Assembly (NCBI GenBank): GCA_958009085.1
Contig: OY253671.1
Location: 868,001-932,000, forward strand
Origin: Protoeuglena noctilucae
Taxonomy: Eukaryota
Length of the DNA stretch: 64,000 bases
Direction: 5' to 3'
The notes beneath the pieces are model-generated. The model saw only the letters and a list, made by a program, of their open reading frames with translations, made no database searches and was not told where the DNA came from. Below are positions 27,134-40,620 of this stretch, piece by piece (position 1 is the first letter of the stretch; each line of letters opens with the position of its first letter). The position numbers and the translations under genes are program-made.

Positions 27134-27640
27134 CCAGTGTTTTTGGCCTGAAGCCCTAACAGCTCGCGCAGGGCCAGGTCCAGCGCACTTTGGGACCCTC
27201 TGTTGCTCGTGCCTCGCAGGCTGCGCGTGGACCATGAGCGGTCCACGCGACTGAGTCGGGCGGCAACGGAGGCCCTGGGAGGCACAGGGGCACGCAGGGA
27301 GAGCGAGCGGTGATCCAATTATCTACTCTAGCCTTGAACGGTTCTGGCGGCCGTCCGAGGAACACAGGGGCGCCAACTGGCCCAGGATCAATGGTCATGC
27401 AGTCATGCAAGCCTCAGCGGCCACTCGATCTAGAAGCGGCGCACGGGGGGGAGGGACAAGCGGCGCCAGCAGGGTGCCAGGGGCGGTCAGCACCCTCGCG
27501 GCGGCAGCCACGATCAAACGACAGAATGGAACACGGCAGAGCCCCAGCGGCCCAGGGAGCCTGGCGCATAGGGAAGGTACAGCATGCCCGACACATGACA
27601 CCCGCTGATGGGTGGGTGGCGGTCAGGGCGCCTGTGTATC

Positions 27641-28985
27641 TCACGCCGCCAGGGCAGCACGGGGCTCAGCCGCGGCCTTGAAGTCCACGAGCTTCTGCGG
27701 GCGCGAGACAGAGCACGTCGTCAACCGAGTACGTCAACAGAGCGCGTCCCGCGACCCCCCATCTGAGGCACGGCCTGCGACGCAGCAGTCACAACAGCCC
27801 TGCCCGCCCCACGCGCACCTCGGAGAGCTCCCACAGCTTCTTGCCCTTGATCTCGTCCTGCACCTCGGCGGAGGGCGTGTTGACGAACTTGCCCGAGGCG
27901 CCCTCGCCCGCCCAGGACCAGTAGGCCCCGCTCGTGTCGTACCCCGCGTCAGTGGCCACGGCGCAGAGCCTGCGGCCGGCCTCCTCCTGCGAGACGTACC
28001 CCTTGGTGACGTACTTCTGGAACTTGGGGAAAAGGTCGCGGAAGAGCTGGACGTGGTTGCGGAAGAGGCCCGTGTCGGCGATGCAGCCGGGGTAGAGGGA
28101 GCTGAAGGTGATGCCCGTCTTGGAGTGGAAGCGGCGGTGGAACTCGCGCATGGTGAGCATGTTGCACACCTGCGGGCACCGTCACCCACCGCACTTTCAC
28201 CTAGGGCTGAGGCCTGTCGACACGCCAGGTGGCCTGGCTGTCGGCATCCAAGTGAGTATCGCGTCTACATGCGCTCGGTCTACATGCGCTCGCATGAAGC
28301 ATCGCGTGGCGCGGCTGCTCGCCTTCGAGTCCTTGTAGGCCTTGGCGCCGTCGAACTCGCCCCCGTCAATCATCGCGATGGGCTCCTTGAAGCCGGCCTC
28401 CATGCCCTGGAGCTGCCCGAGGTCGGCCTTGGGCGGGATGTTGCCCGCGAGGGTGTTGGTGTTGCCCGTGACGCTGCCCACGATGATCATGCGGGGGTTG
28501 TTCTTGGACTGGGCCAGCTTCTCCAGCATCAGGTTGCAGAGCAGGAAGTGGCCCAGGTGGTTCGTGGCCACCGAGATCTCGTAGCCGTCCGCGTTGAACG
28601 TGGGCTCCTTGGCCGTCGGGAGGTAGACGGCGGCGTTGGCCACCAGCGTGTCCAGGCCCATGCCGGAGCGCGAAAAGCCCTCGACGAACTGACGCACGGA
28701 CGCGCGGGACGCGAGGTCAAGGTGCATGATGGTGTGCGTGCCCTCCGTCATGCCCATCTTCTTGGCGGCGCGCTCGGCCTTGGCGAAGTCGCGCACGGCC
28801 ATCACGACGTGCCAGTCGGGCTTCTTGGCGATGGCGGCCGCGGCGTGCAGCCCGAGGCCCGAAGAGGCACCCGTGATCACGCACACCTTCTTCCCCTTGG
28901 CGTTCGCCGCGGCGCGGACCACGAGCTCGCCGCGCGCGGGGGCGGCCGAGGCCGTCAGGCGCGCAGACAGCCGCGAGCCCATCAT
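27641..28985 (-). CDS. POR: Light-dependent NADPH:protochlorophyllide oxidoreductase
   Basis: [75 protein letters not shown]; transit peptide. Confidence 0.98.
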
Positions 28986-29920
28986 CGGCGAGTGCCGGGC
29001 CGCCACCCTGCGGTTGCAAGCCGAGATCTTGCGTCTACTTGCCGGAGGGGAACGAACACGCAGCTGGCGGCATCGGAGCGCGTCGCGCCCGTGACAGTTG
29101 GACTGTCGCCTAAATCTGCTCCGCGCTCTCACCGGCGCAGCGGAACCACATTCGCGGGAGTGCGGTTCTTCCCGGAAACAGAAGAAGAGGCCGCCAGCGA
29201 CGCGGCGCTGATCACAGTGCTCGCCATCTGCGAGGGCGGAGGGCGCGCAGGAGGCTGTTTGGCGGCACGCCGCCCGCGGCGTCTAGCTCATCCAAGCAGG
29301 CGTTTCGTGACAGCATTCGTGTAACCACACGATGATATCATCCAGCACGCGCAGCAGGCAGCGCACAGAGGTCGGGGGACGCGCAACGGACCCGGGAAAG
29401 GGCCAGGCTTATCTCTGTGTGGCGCAGCCGGCAGAGGTGCCCGGGGTTCCGCGACATCCGCACGAGAAAGTATGTATCGTGATAGGCGCATGGAAAGTAC
29501 GCGCGGTCGGCATCGCGCCCGGGATGGAGAGATCTGGGCTTCCGAAATCTCGCCCCCGGCTCCACGCCGGGAGACACGGTCCTGCCAGATGCGCCGGGGA
29601 AACGCACACCAATGCGCACCATCGGATCGGAGCACACGGTTCCGCTCACCTTGCCGCGGTGAACCGGGCCCGGTCGAGAAACCCGTTCCGGGGGTGGCTG
29701 ATGTCGCAGGGACGAGCACAAGCGAGCTCCGAGAGTGGATGTCGGGACTAAGCGCAGGCAATTCAGCGTCACGAGAGGTCGCCACGGCGCTGGACCATGT
29801 CACGTCGCCCTGAAACGCAAGTGCCCGCGTGACCCTGACTGACGGATCACATTCGCTTGACATTGCGGCTCACAACCCACAGTGCGATTGTGGCTTCGTA
29901 TCGACGTCGCCAGCCGGGAT

Positions 29921-31568
29921 CTACAGCCCCATCTCTCGCTTCAGCCGCGCAAGCTCCTCCTCTACGTCGTCCGCGGGCGGCTTGACTGGCTGCCTGCACA
30001 GCAGGAGAAAGAGGACTAGCCCAGCATGGGTCAGGAACGCGCTGCACTCCACGCGCACAAGGACTCCCTGGCGCAGCGCATGGCTTACCCTCGTGGCGCC
30101 GAACTCCCGCCTCCCTGGTTGCGCGGGGGCGGTGGAGGCTCCTGCCCTGTCCTCGGCGGGGCTGACGAGTACACCTCGTCATACTGTGCAGGAGAAGGAG
30201 CGGCTGTGAGGCTGGAGAGTGTGGAGCTCCATGCATGGCCAGGCTGGGTGCGTGCGATCGTAGCGCCCCTCACCCACTGCTCCCTGCTCTTCTTGAACTT
30301 GCTGCTCTCGCGCTCCAGCTCCTGCGCGGAGTCCTCCAGGAACTCCACAAACTCCTCCCCAAGCTCCTGTGGGCCAAGGGGGCAGGTAACACTTCACATC
30401 TGCGCTGCTCCAGGGCAGCACCACCAGGCTGGCATCCAACACCCCATCATGTACCCGCAATTGCGTTGCAGCCTTCTGACAGCCGGCGCGAACGAGCCCT
30501 CACCGCCAACTCCTCCCATATGGTCGGCTCTGCACGTCTCGACCCACGCTTCTTCCGCCTCGACGACAGCTCCTGCTCCAAATCCTTGAAAAAATCCTCC
30601 AGCCCGTAGAAATCCTCGTCCTGCTGCTTCTGCTGCCGCTGCAAGAAGGCCAGGGCACCCCACGTGATGCGAGGTCGCCCGGCCTAGGCATAGCCACTTG
30701 CGTGCGCGCCCTCCGTCTGTAAAAACGCCTCGCCATCCCCCCCGCGCTGTCCGAAGCCTGCAGGTCCCAATGTTGACCCCATACCTATGTCCGCGACGCA
30801 CCTGATAGGCCCCACGCCCGGTGCGGAAGCCAGCAGTCTCTGCGTCCGCCCATGAGCCGAAGCGGCGCTTGCGGTCGTACGCCTCGCGCGCCTTCGCATC
30901 CGAAAGGACCTGCAAACGCCGAGTCCTCGACATCATGCGTGGCTGACGCGAGCAGGTCCGACGCGCACGGTTCGCTCCGCAAATGCTGCCTTCAGGACAG
31001 CCCTTTGCGCGGCACCTGGTACGCCTCCTTTAGCGTCATGAACTTGTCTGCAGCGTCAGGGGCCTTGTTCACGTCTGGGTGCGTCATGATTGCCTTCTGC
31101 TTGAAAGCCCGCTTGATGTCCTGAATGCTGGCAGTCTCGGGGACCCCCAGGACCTGGTAGTAGTCCACCGAGGCTGCGAGCATGACAAATTGCGCGACCT
31201 GGTCGGCAGAATTTGCCGTTAGCCCCTGACCGCGAAGCATTGGGGGACTCCACCACCCAAACCTGCTTGCACAGACGCGGTGCTCGCGTCGAGCTCCCGA
31301 TGGACCTCTCGTCACCTGCGCGACATTTGCACGTATCTCTGGTCCGTCCTGAGCGCCATGCCGACCTCCCTGGCCCAACGCCCGCGTTCTTCAGCCCACA
31401 GACCCTCCCACTACTGAATCCCCCGTGATTTCGAGGCAGGGGAAGCGCGGGAGCCCCCCGTTGCAGCCCACGGAATGTACGAGCGGCAACAGACCCTCGA
31501 TGTCTCCAAGGCGATGAGATGGAGGTGCACGAGCACGCGGGAGGCAGCATGACCTGGAGCGCGCCCAT
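29921..31568 (-). CDS. Type C DnaJ (J-domain) protein, probably chloroplastic
   Basis: DYYQVLGV..IKRAFKQKAIMTHPDVNK..FMTLKEAYQ|VLSDAKAREAYD; EDFYGLEDFFKDLE; IWEELA|ELGEEFVEFLE; ends VEEELARLKREMGL*. Confidence 0.92.
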
Positions 31569-31934
31569 TGGTCCGTCTAGGGCGGCCCGATCCCATCCCG
31601 GCTAGCCTACTCGCATCCGCAACGACAATGCCTTTCTCCCCGCCGCTGCATTGCAGCTCTGGCCTCGCAGCGACTGGCGTTGCGTGCCAGAGAAGTGATT
31701 GAGGCTGTGCTCAAGTGCATCGCCCAGCGCGATGGACAGCTCTCACGCGCCTGCCTGGCCGCCGACCATCACCCGCGTCATCGGCATCGAGCCTCGATCC
31801 CGAGACCTTGCGGCACTGGCGCAGGCACCCTATCTGCCAAGCGCGGGGTTTTATCGTGATCTTCCGAGCTTCCGCAACTCAGATTTTTTCCAGGAACTGC
31901 CTGGTCGCCCTCTGCGTGGCTGGGAAGTGCGGTT

Positions 31935-33713
31935 ATGCTGCTACATCTGCGGGCGGTGCTGGTTGCGGCCCTTCTCAGCTTCCTCGCCGTCACAGGTGCC
32001 GCTTGATCCGACGCGGCAGAGTGGTAGCGCAGAGATATGGCAATTGAGACGGCGACCCCTTGGATCGCCTTCGCAGGGGAAGCGAGCTATGCCGACACCA
32101 CTCCCGAGTACAAGACCTGCGTCGCGGCGTGCCGCGCAGAGGGATGTCCGCGGATTCTGGAGGTGACTTGCTTTCGCGACCGCTGACATTCGCGTTCGTG
32201 CTCTCCCGTGCCATGCATGCGTGCCTCCAAACTCCAGCAGCATCGCATCCTGCGCCTCGCAGGCGGCCCACTCCAGTCTGACCGACTACCGACCGGTCAT
32301 GCCGTGCACTCCTCTCTGTCGGGGAGCGCGTCGAGGGGGCATCGTCGGGCTCGTCTACTGGACGTGCACGGAGGACTGCGAGTACCTGTGCAAGGTACGC
32401 TGGGCGCATTCAAAACCCACGGCCCGCGACGCTCGTTCTCATGCGCAGATGCAAGCGCCAGAGGAACCCATGCCGCCTCGCTCCTCGTTTCTCCGCAGCA
32501 CGAGGTCATCGAGGAGTGGCACCGGTCGGGGAACCCAAACAGCTACAAGTTCTTCGGGAAATGGCTGTTCAAGCGCAGAGCGGGGATGTACAAGATCGCC
32601 AGCGTGCTCTTCTCGCTCGCCAACCTTTACGAGAACGTGCGGTGCGGCACGCGGTGCTGGAAGCTCTACCAACGCATTGGCAGGCAAAAGTACCGCGTCT
32701 CGCGCCGCGAGTTCCTGCGGATGAGCATGTGGCTGGTGAGAGCGCACGCGCCGCAGAGAGCATCCGGGGATGGGATCTGTGCCGTGCTCTGACGCGCGCC
32801 ACATCACGTCTGTGGCCCCCAGCCCTCCTGGTTTATGACGATGCTCGCCTGGGTGCTGTCCATGTGGTATCACCTGAAGTCGGAGCTCGTGGCGGAGATG
32901 AGCGACACAACGGTCGCTGGGAGCATCCCTGCGACGGGTGAGATTTAATGCGAGACCTGCGTGACCTTTGCCACGCCGCAGAAGGGGTGAACGAGCGATG
33001 GCAGGCTCAAGGGTCGCCCGCAGGGTTCATCTACACTCTGGCTGTGACGGCCTCCCTAGGCCCAGACTGGCTGGTGGCGGGCAGCGTGGTGGTGGCGTGT
33101 GCGTGGGTGGCCCACGCCATCAGCATGTTCGTCGCGTACAGGTGTGAAACACGCGGGCCAGCAGCGCACGGCGCGATGGCAGCGAATCGGCAGCCTTTGC
33201 TCCTCCGCTCGCTCTGCCCTTGCCGCCACGCACCGCATGCTCTCCATGCCCCTGCTCCCCCCCAGCATCAACCGCCACTTAACCTGGTGCATCGCCATGG
33301 AGCTCATTCAAGCTCCCTTGTGGATCACGTGGTGTTTGGGGCCCGGCCGCACGCACCGCGCCCGGTGGAGGGTCCTGCTCTTCATGGCCTTCATGAACGC
33401 AGCCCTGCTGCTCGAGATCTTCGACTTCCCGCCTCTCTGGGGCTTCTTCGACGCCCACAGCCTCTGGCACCTCGTCACGGTCCCCCTGGCCCGGCACTGG
33501 TGAGGAGCACTGCGATGCGGCCCCCGCTCCCGCCTGCCACGGGTCCCGCTGAGACGTGTCGTAATGGCTGGGAAGCCCCGCTAGCGACGCAGGTACACGT
33601 TCATTGAGTTTGACTTGCTCGAGATGGAGAGGAAACTGTATGACAAGGACCCGTCAGTTTCTGACGGCGATGATGGCGAGGAGCAGCCAAAGGTCGAGGA
33701 GCAAGAGCTCTAA
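31935..33713 (+). CDS. PGAP3: Post-GPI attachment to proteins factor 3 (Per1-like, CREST superfamily)
   Basis: Signal peptide MLLHLRAVLVAALLSFLAV; SYADTTPEYKTCVAAC; WTCTEDCEYLC; KFFGKWLF; ASVLFSLANL; SMWYH..D; FDFPPLWGFFDAHSLWH. Confidence 0.9.
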
Positions 33714-33927
33714 GGTCCGAAGTCGCTGCTGGCGGAAGCTGCAGCCTGTAGAAGCTAGGTCTAGTCTAGATGTTGCTCTACGCCCGCACGTGGGGGTTCT
33801 AGAAACAAGCCAAGCCTTTGCTTGGTCCGGGCTAGTAGAGTCGGTCTGTCACGTCACGTGATGCACCTCTCCCTGAAGCAATGACCGAAAGTGTTACAGA
33901 CGGTGCCAGAAAATCGTCCCCCGCGCC

Positions 33928-36900
33928 TCACACCGCAACGACGGCGAGGCGGCTGCCCTGGTGCCGCCCTGACCCCTGCGCGCTGGGGGCCTCCACCTCT
34001 GAGGACACCGGTGTGCCCCCGGGTGTGGTCGCGGAAGCGCCAAACATAGCGCGACGGCCCTGGCCCCTCAGCCGAGGGCTCGCCTCGCTCGCCGCCTGGT
34101 GGCCCGCAGACAGGGACGGCGAGAAGGGGCCGGCTGCCTGGTGGCCCGAGGACAGGGACGGGCCGAACTGATCCGGGCTGCGCTCCACGGGGCTGGTGAG
34201 AGCGCCAGACGCGGTCCTCGCCCCTAGGGCGCTTGCGGCCAGCATCACGTCGAGCCCGACGCCCAGCGACAGCCGCGGGTCAAGACGAGGGGACTCCGCT
34301 GGGCCTGCCAGATCCATTGACGCGCGGTTGATGCGTCCCCGGGTGTTGCACCCAGGCACGACCTGCGCGGGGAGCGAAGGGGCCCATTCGCCCCAACGCC
34401 CCCACGCCATTGATGCCCGCAGAGCCAGCCCAGCCTGCCACGCTCACCTCGTCCGAGATAATCATGGACCCCTGCACGTCCGCCGTCGCCTCGTCCTTGT
34501 CCCGGTTGTGGTAGCGCGCGCCCCGCGGCGGCGCGTACCCTGACATCACGGTCCGCAGCATCCCGCCACGGTCCGTGTCAGCCACCAGCGCCAGCTGCCC
34601 GCCGCCCAACCGCTCCTTCTTTCGCTCGGCCCTCGCTTCCGCCGCGCCCTCTGCGCGGGCCTTGGTGCCACCGCTGCCGCCCTCCTGGCCGTCCACGCTC
34701 GCGCGCCGTCCTGCATGCCAAGCCCCCTGGCCTCCCGACTTCTCCGGCTGCCCATCCTCCCGCTGACTACCGCCGTCCCCAGCCTCGGCGTCCCGGCCCA
34801 TGAGCCCCACGCTCAGGCGCCGAAGCACCCTGCGCACTGCGCCCGTGCGAGGCGTAGGCGGGGCGGCACCGGCCTCCGCCTCCACGGCGGTCGCTGCCAG
34901 CGCCGCGGGGACGCGTCCCAGCCGCCCCGGCTCCACCGCGGACCGGGCACCCGTCCCGGCGCCGGGAGGGGCGCGTGAGCTGCCCGCGACGCCAGGCGGC
35001 ACGCCGTCCTGCGCGCTCACCCCTCGACCGCGCGTGGTCCCCTGCCTCGACCGCGACGGCGTGGCCTCCTTTCCGGAACGCACCGCTGCAAGGGCGATGT
35101 GGCTTGACGGTTCTTGCAAGCTTGTCACCCGCCACCAGCCCCTTGCGACAGCACCCTCATTCACGCAGCCACCGCGACATGCCATCCGCAGCCTCAGCCT
35201 CACCTGTAGAGGACAGCCGCGAGGCGCCGTCGGGTGTGCCGCCAGAGACGCCCTCGTTTCGGCTCTTGGCGTAGACGCCCTTGCCGCGCCCGCGGACGAA
35301 GGAGTTGTGCGCGCGGCTGGTGCGGAGTACCTCAGCCTTGCTCTTGCGCCCTCCCTGGTCCACGCGCTTCTCGCTCAGCTGCGGCGGCAAGGCGATGCCA
35401 TTGGGTCGCTGTGGATGAGCCCCACCAACAGAGCGATGACAGTGGGAGTGGTGAGACAGCAGGCGTTTGTGCGTAAGGGCCAGCATGTGCTGACAAGTGC
35501 ACATGCGTCGCCACCCACCAGAGCGTCGCTGTCATCTTTGGTCGATGGCCCGAACAAGCAGCCCAGGATGCCTCGCCTCTGCCTGGACACGACCTCAGTC
35601 TGCAACCTGCGGCAACGGCGACGGGCACAGTCGCTCCTTGCCAGCAAGCAGGCGCTGCCGTGAGGTGCGAGCACCTACCCACCCACGCAGACACCTGCTG
35701 CAGCCACATGGGCAATACTGGTACTATACCATCCATGCTTGCCCAACTCGCCTCGCTTCCTCCACGCGGCTCTTCCGCGCACTGCTGCTGGGCGCGCTCT
35801 CCGCCACGCCCACGACCTCGACCTTGCGCTGCGGCGCCCTCCCTGCCCGCCCCGGCAGCAGTGAACTATGACCCTCCATCCCGTCCGGCCCCTCCTCCCC
35901 CGCTCTGTCCGCCGCCGGGGTCGACTTCCGCGGCGCGCCCTTCCCAGTCACCCCAACATCGCCCTTCCCAGTCACCCCCGCGTCCCCTGCACTGCAGCCC
36001 CGGTGCGCCTGGCCGAGCTCGTCCAGCTCTGGCGCGGGGACCGGGGCCGACGACCGCGCCCCGGCCTCCGCGACGGCCTGCCCCGCCCGCACCGCCCAGA
36101 CGGCGCGCTCCGAGTTGCGATCCGCGGGCCGCGTGCCGCTCGCGTCGCTGAGGGGCACCGTGGCGCCGACGCTCGCCCTCTCTCGCCCTGCCGCGTCGTC
36201 CTCCGCCGGTCCGCCCCCCTCGCTGCTCTCTCGCGAGCGCGGACTCTCCTCTCGGCTGTCCGCGGCCCGACTCCTCGCAAGCCCACCCTCGCCCTCGCTG
36301 CCCCCGCTGGCGGGCGTCGCCCCCACCGTCGGGCGACCCTCCTCCCCGCTGCCGCTGCGCCCCGACCCCTGGCCGTCCGCAAACGCCGCGCCCTCATTCC
36401 CCATCGCCTCCCGCTCCCCTCCTCCCACCTCAGTCTCGGCAAGCGGCCCATGCGCCTCTACTGACGCCACTCCCGTCGCATCGGAGGGCTGGACGCCCTG
36501 ATGAGCCACGGGAGCGCGATCCGCGCGTCCCGCTCGCGCCGTCTTGTCTTGCGACCGCCGCCTGGGCCCCACGCCCGTGTCAACCTTGGACCTGACCGAC
36601 TCGAGGGAGCGTTTGAGCGACTGACGTCGAACCTCGGCCTCTGCCGCCGCCGCTGCCACCGAATGCGCCCGCGCCTCCGCCTTGGGAGGGAGGACGGGCG
36701 TGGGAGCCGTGCGCACGTGCGCGCCGACCGCCCCGGACAGCTGCTGGGAGATTTGGCGCCTCAGCTCCTTGGCTGGCTCCCCGGGCTCGCGGTAACTGGC
36801 GCCGCCCGACGGGTTGGGGACGGGCCCGACGCCCAGGCGCGTCACGAGGCTCTCCTCCGGGCCCAGGCGCGTCACGAGGCTCTCCTCCGGAACTACCGCG

Positions 36901-39900
36901 TTGCTGGCGCCCGGCGGCGGGCTGGCGGAGCGGGACGCGGGGTCCGCAGCGAGCGCGGCCCTGCGAGAGTGGTCGGGTTAGTGGCATTGGTCATCTGAGG
37001 CTCTGCAAACCCTCTGTACTGCGAGTCCGCTCAACGTCCACGCAGTGGGCATAAGCATGCATGGATGGCACCCCTGCACGTGGTGCACATGTGTCGAAGA
37101 GATGACTGCCACCACGCCCGCTTCGCACCTCTCGGTTTCTGCGGCAATGACCTCGGTCCTCCGCTTCAGCATGGTCTTTGCCGTCTTGTCCGTCCATCCG
37201 TCCTTCATCACCGCCCACGGGTTCGGTGCTGGCCCATGCTCCCTGCCAGACTGCCTCATCGATGCACGGTGGGAACGCTGGGACCCGCGCTCTCCCAGGT
37301 TGGACACCCGGTCCGGCCGGCCCGTCGAGCTCCCTCTCTGGCGGCGGCTGCGGACACGTAGAGCAGCGGGCGCTCGTGGCTGAGCCCAAACTCGGCTCCC
37401 TAAGCGCACCACCCGAGCGCCCAACTTTGCAGCAACCCCGTGCCACGGCATGACCACACAAAGCCCGCCTCCCGCCCACCCAACGCGTGCGACCCAGTCC
37501 TCACCCGTCGGCGGGGTCGCCCTCCGCCCCGGCTCCCAGCTCCGACGCCTGCTTGCTCCTGGCCGCCGCACCCAGCGTGCCTTGCCGGGACAGCCCCGGG
37601 GACGAGGGGCCTTGCAGCAGCGCCTTGCGCGAGTGCGTCAACCGGAAACTCGCCAGGTTCCTGCGGCGCACGGCCAGGTTGGGATGGTGTTGCGGCTAAC
37701 CCACGGTCAAGGCGGACGCACTGAATGGATACCAACCTCGGGTGGTCGATGGTGCCCTGTGGTGGGGCTTCGCTCGCCCAACCAGACATCTGCGGCACCA
37801 CCCATCCCCGCCTCGCTCGCCTGCGGCTCTGGTCCAGGGACATCTGCAGGGCCAATGCGCGCCTCTCGTGGTTGTTGCCTGCCCGCCCCCCCGCGGCTGC
37901 GTCGGGTGACACCACGGCGAGGCCCACGCTCTGCGTCTTGGCGCGGGTCGACTCGGCGGACACCAGCCCCGACCTGTGGCTCACGATGCGCTGCAGCAGG
38001 CTGGCAGTCCGGGCGGGGGGCGGACGGGCCCCCACCCCGGTCGGCGACGCGCCCTCCGCCGGGCTCTCTGACGTGTCCTTCTGCGGCAGCTCTTCCTCGA
38101 CTGGCACGAAGAAACCCCTCTGAGACCCAGTCTGCAGGGAAAGGAAGGGATGGGCGGACCTTGCAGGGTGGCTGGCAATCGTTCGTGGATAGCAGCGCTC
38201 TGGACATCGGTCGCTCACCTTGGCGAGGAAGCTGGCCTTCTTGGCGAGCTTGCCCTTGGGCCGTGCGGTCATCTCGGCCCCCAGGTGCGGCATCTCTCCG
38301 TCTCCACGGTCCCTCCATGAACCATGAGTCTTGAGCGAGGCACCTGCCGCCGCGCCCCTCCTGCGGTCGCTGCCCGCGGCGCGCAGTTTCCGCGACTGCA
38401 CTGCCACGCGCTCCGACTCTGCCTCCGACCAGTCGCCGTCTGCGTACCCAGCGGCCTTGGCGTGACCCGCCACCACGCTCTCGAGCTTCTGCAGGGGCGC
38501 AGGAGGAACGCTGTTTGCCTCATCCGGCCCATACGCTGACGCATTGCCTCCTGGTGGGCCGTCGGTCCCCATGCATCAACTTCTGTCCAGGTCAGATGCC
38601 CTGTGGATAAGCAACACCGCTGCCGCGCCGCGCCGCTCGCCTCGATAATGAGGTCCATTTCGTCCACCTCGACTGGCGTGTCGATCCACGGGTGCATGAT
38701 GAGGTCAGCCATGGTCGGGCGCAGCTCCGGGACCGGCGCCAGCGCCAGAGTGACAAAGTCAACGAACTCAGCAGACACGTGGGGTGGGAAGGTGAGCGGG
38801 GCGTCGTAGTTGAGGAGGAGATGGACGGGCACGTTCCACGCGTTCTCCGTAGGAAGCACTGCGAGGTGGGTGTGGGGCTGGCGTGAGGCGGGAGGGTGGG
38901 TGGAGCATTGGGGGCCAGTCCCATGGTGCAAGTGACGCCGCCTTGCAACCCAAACGCTTCCCCCAAACTCACTGTACGGCGGATGGCCGACGAGGAGCTC
39001 GTAGGCCAGGCACCCGACCTGCCATGTGTCGACAGCTGGCGTCAACGCACGGCGCACCTCTGCCTCCGCCACGAGGACTGCAGGCACGGCCAGAGCACGG
39101 GCTTGGATTACGAGAGATACCATTAAGAGTCTGGGGGAACCGGCAGCTTAGGCACTGGCACACGTGACCCCAGCGCAACTGCAGCCACCCGCCCTGGTTG
39201 CCGTACAGTCCCACTCCCCGTCCCGCAGCAGCACCTGTGCGGCTCTCTGCCCCGTTCTTCATGGAGAGCGATCGCGCGTAGCTGCGCTGGGTAGTCAACC
39301 CCAGGAAGCCCCGCCCCCGCGACCGCGACATGCTGCCCTGGGTGTAAGACTTGGACAGCTTCTCTAGGGGCTTGGCGAGCTCGGGCGGGGTGTACTCGAA
39401 CGACATGCCTGCGGGGACGACGCGGGTTACCGACGCGGTCGAGCAGGGAAGGGTGATGGACCGCGCCGGGCGATGGGCGATGGGCAGTGCGGGGCATGTC
39501 ACATGCCACCAGGAGGCGGCATCGCTCACAGGTGATGTTGGAGGGGAAGAAGGGCTCCGTCATGTCCGCCGAGCACTCCATGCCCATGAGGTTCGCTTCG
39601 CCTTTGGGCTTCAGGACCACATTCTGGGGGGTGACGTTGCAGTGGATGACGTTGAGCCGGTGCAGACCCGCGAGGGCCTCGATGATAGGCGCAATCACTG
39701 CGGGGAATAAGGCGGGTCGGGGTCGGGGTGGTGCACCCTGAACGGCACCCACACCGCAGTCAGGCATTGACGACCCGCCCCGGCCCAGTAAGCTGCCTGC
39801 TGGCCCGCACCGATGTTGGCCAGCGCGCCCTCGTCCCGGAAGGGGCCCCGAAGCGTCTTGAGGCTTTGCAGCTGGCACAGGCCGATGTAGTGGAGGACCA

Positions 39901-40620
39901 GCACCACCTCCTCCGCCTTGCTGACGACCCCCAGCACGCGCAGTAGCGTGCCCACTTGCGTGGCCTTGAGCGTGTGGTTGATGTCCCTGTGGGAAAGGGC
40001 TGGGCGGGTGCGGGGTGGGGAAACCTCTTGCCTAGGGGGGGGGAGCCTGTGACGAGGCCTGTGAGCAACTGTGAGCAACTGTGGCCTGTGAGCGGCTCTC
40101 TTGAGAGGGTAGGTCGATGCATCGTATTTGGCGTCGAGCTGCAGCCAACCGGACTCACGCAAGGATGCACTTCGCGCGGGTCTTGATGGCTGCGCGAGAG
40201 TAGGACTTGAGCGTCACCAGGCCAGCCGAGTAAGAGCACCGGGCGCTGTAGAGCTGGTACAGCCCGTAGTCGCCCTCGAAAACGACGTCGTGGAACTCGC
40301 CCACATTCGAGTAGGCGCTGATGTCCGAGAGCTCGTCCAGCAGCATCACGAGCCGGCGCCGGGGCGTAATCTTGCTGGCATCCTTGGGGAGCAGCCACCG
40401 CCGAAGAGTTCTCCTGCGCGGGGATGGGCACATTGCTCTCCGAACCTCGGAAGCGACATCATGCGTTGCACTTGCATGCGCAGGAGGCGTTTCCGTCCCC
40501 GCAGGCTCGCTGACGGAGGCGTACGACGCGCAACAGTGCCTTGCCTCAATGACCTCCTTTTCCTGGGCCCCACGGAGAACCCCAGCGACGACTCCGAGGT
40601 GTCGCTCCTCGACAAACTAG
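33928..40620 (-). CDS. Large protein-kinase-fold pseudokinase (Aurora-like/CAMK type) with very long disordered tail; ends approximate, tail may include a separate gene
   Basis: VTLKSY; PIIEALAGLHRLNVIHCNVTPQNVVL; LMGME; EYTPPEL; AVDTWQVGCLAYELLVGHPPY; VSAEFVDFVTLAL..RPTMADLIMHPWI. Confidence 0.75.
36831..36890. repeat. Perfect 30-bp tandem duplication within the pseudokinase tail
   Basis: gcccaggcgcgtcacgaggctctcctccgg x2, encoding PEESLVTRLG twice on the minus strand. Confidence 0.9.

Noticed and set aside
28264..28293. Short tandem repeats in introns (gtctacatgcgctcg x2 in POR; ctgtgagcaa near 40060; ggtcacccac near 4570) as introner or CRISPR-like elements
   Set aside because: Only 2-3 copies each, no spacers, and no shared sequence between different introns was visible; ordinary slippage
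27612..29324. 570-aa plus-strand ORF and many other long ORFs in the track
   Set aside because: Antisense or alternate-frame shadows of GC3-rich real genes (here POR); stop codons are rare at this GC content
29000..29900. Intergenic regions (also 43100-44300) as possible ncRNA or transposon loci
   Set aside because: No recognisable RNA gene signature, terminal repeats or transposase motif by eye; an Infernal/Rfam search would be needed to exclude small RNAs
34093..34162. 42-bp-period repeat (gcctggtggccc..gacagggacgg) in the pseudokinase tail
   Set aside because: Two-copy in-frame duplication in low-complexity coding sequence with no mobile-element hallmarks
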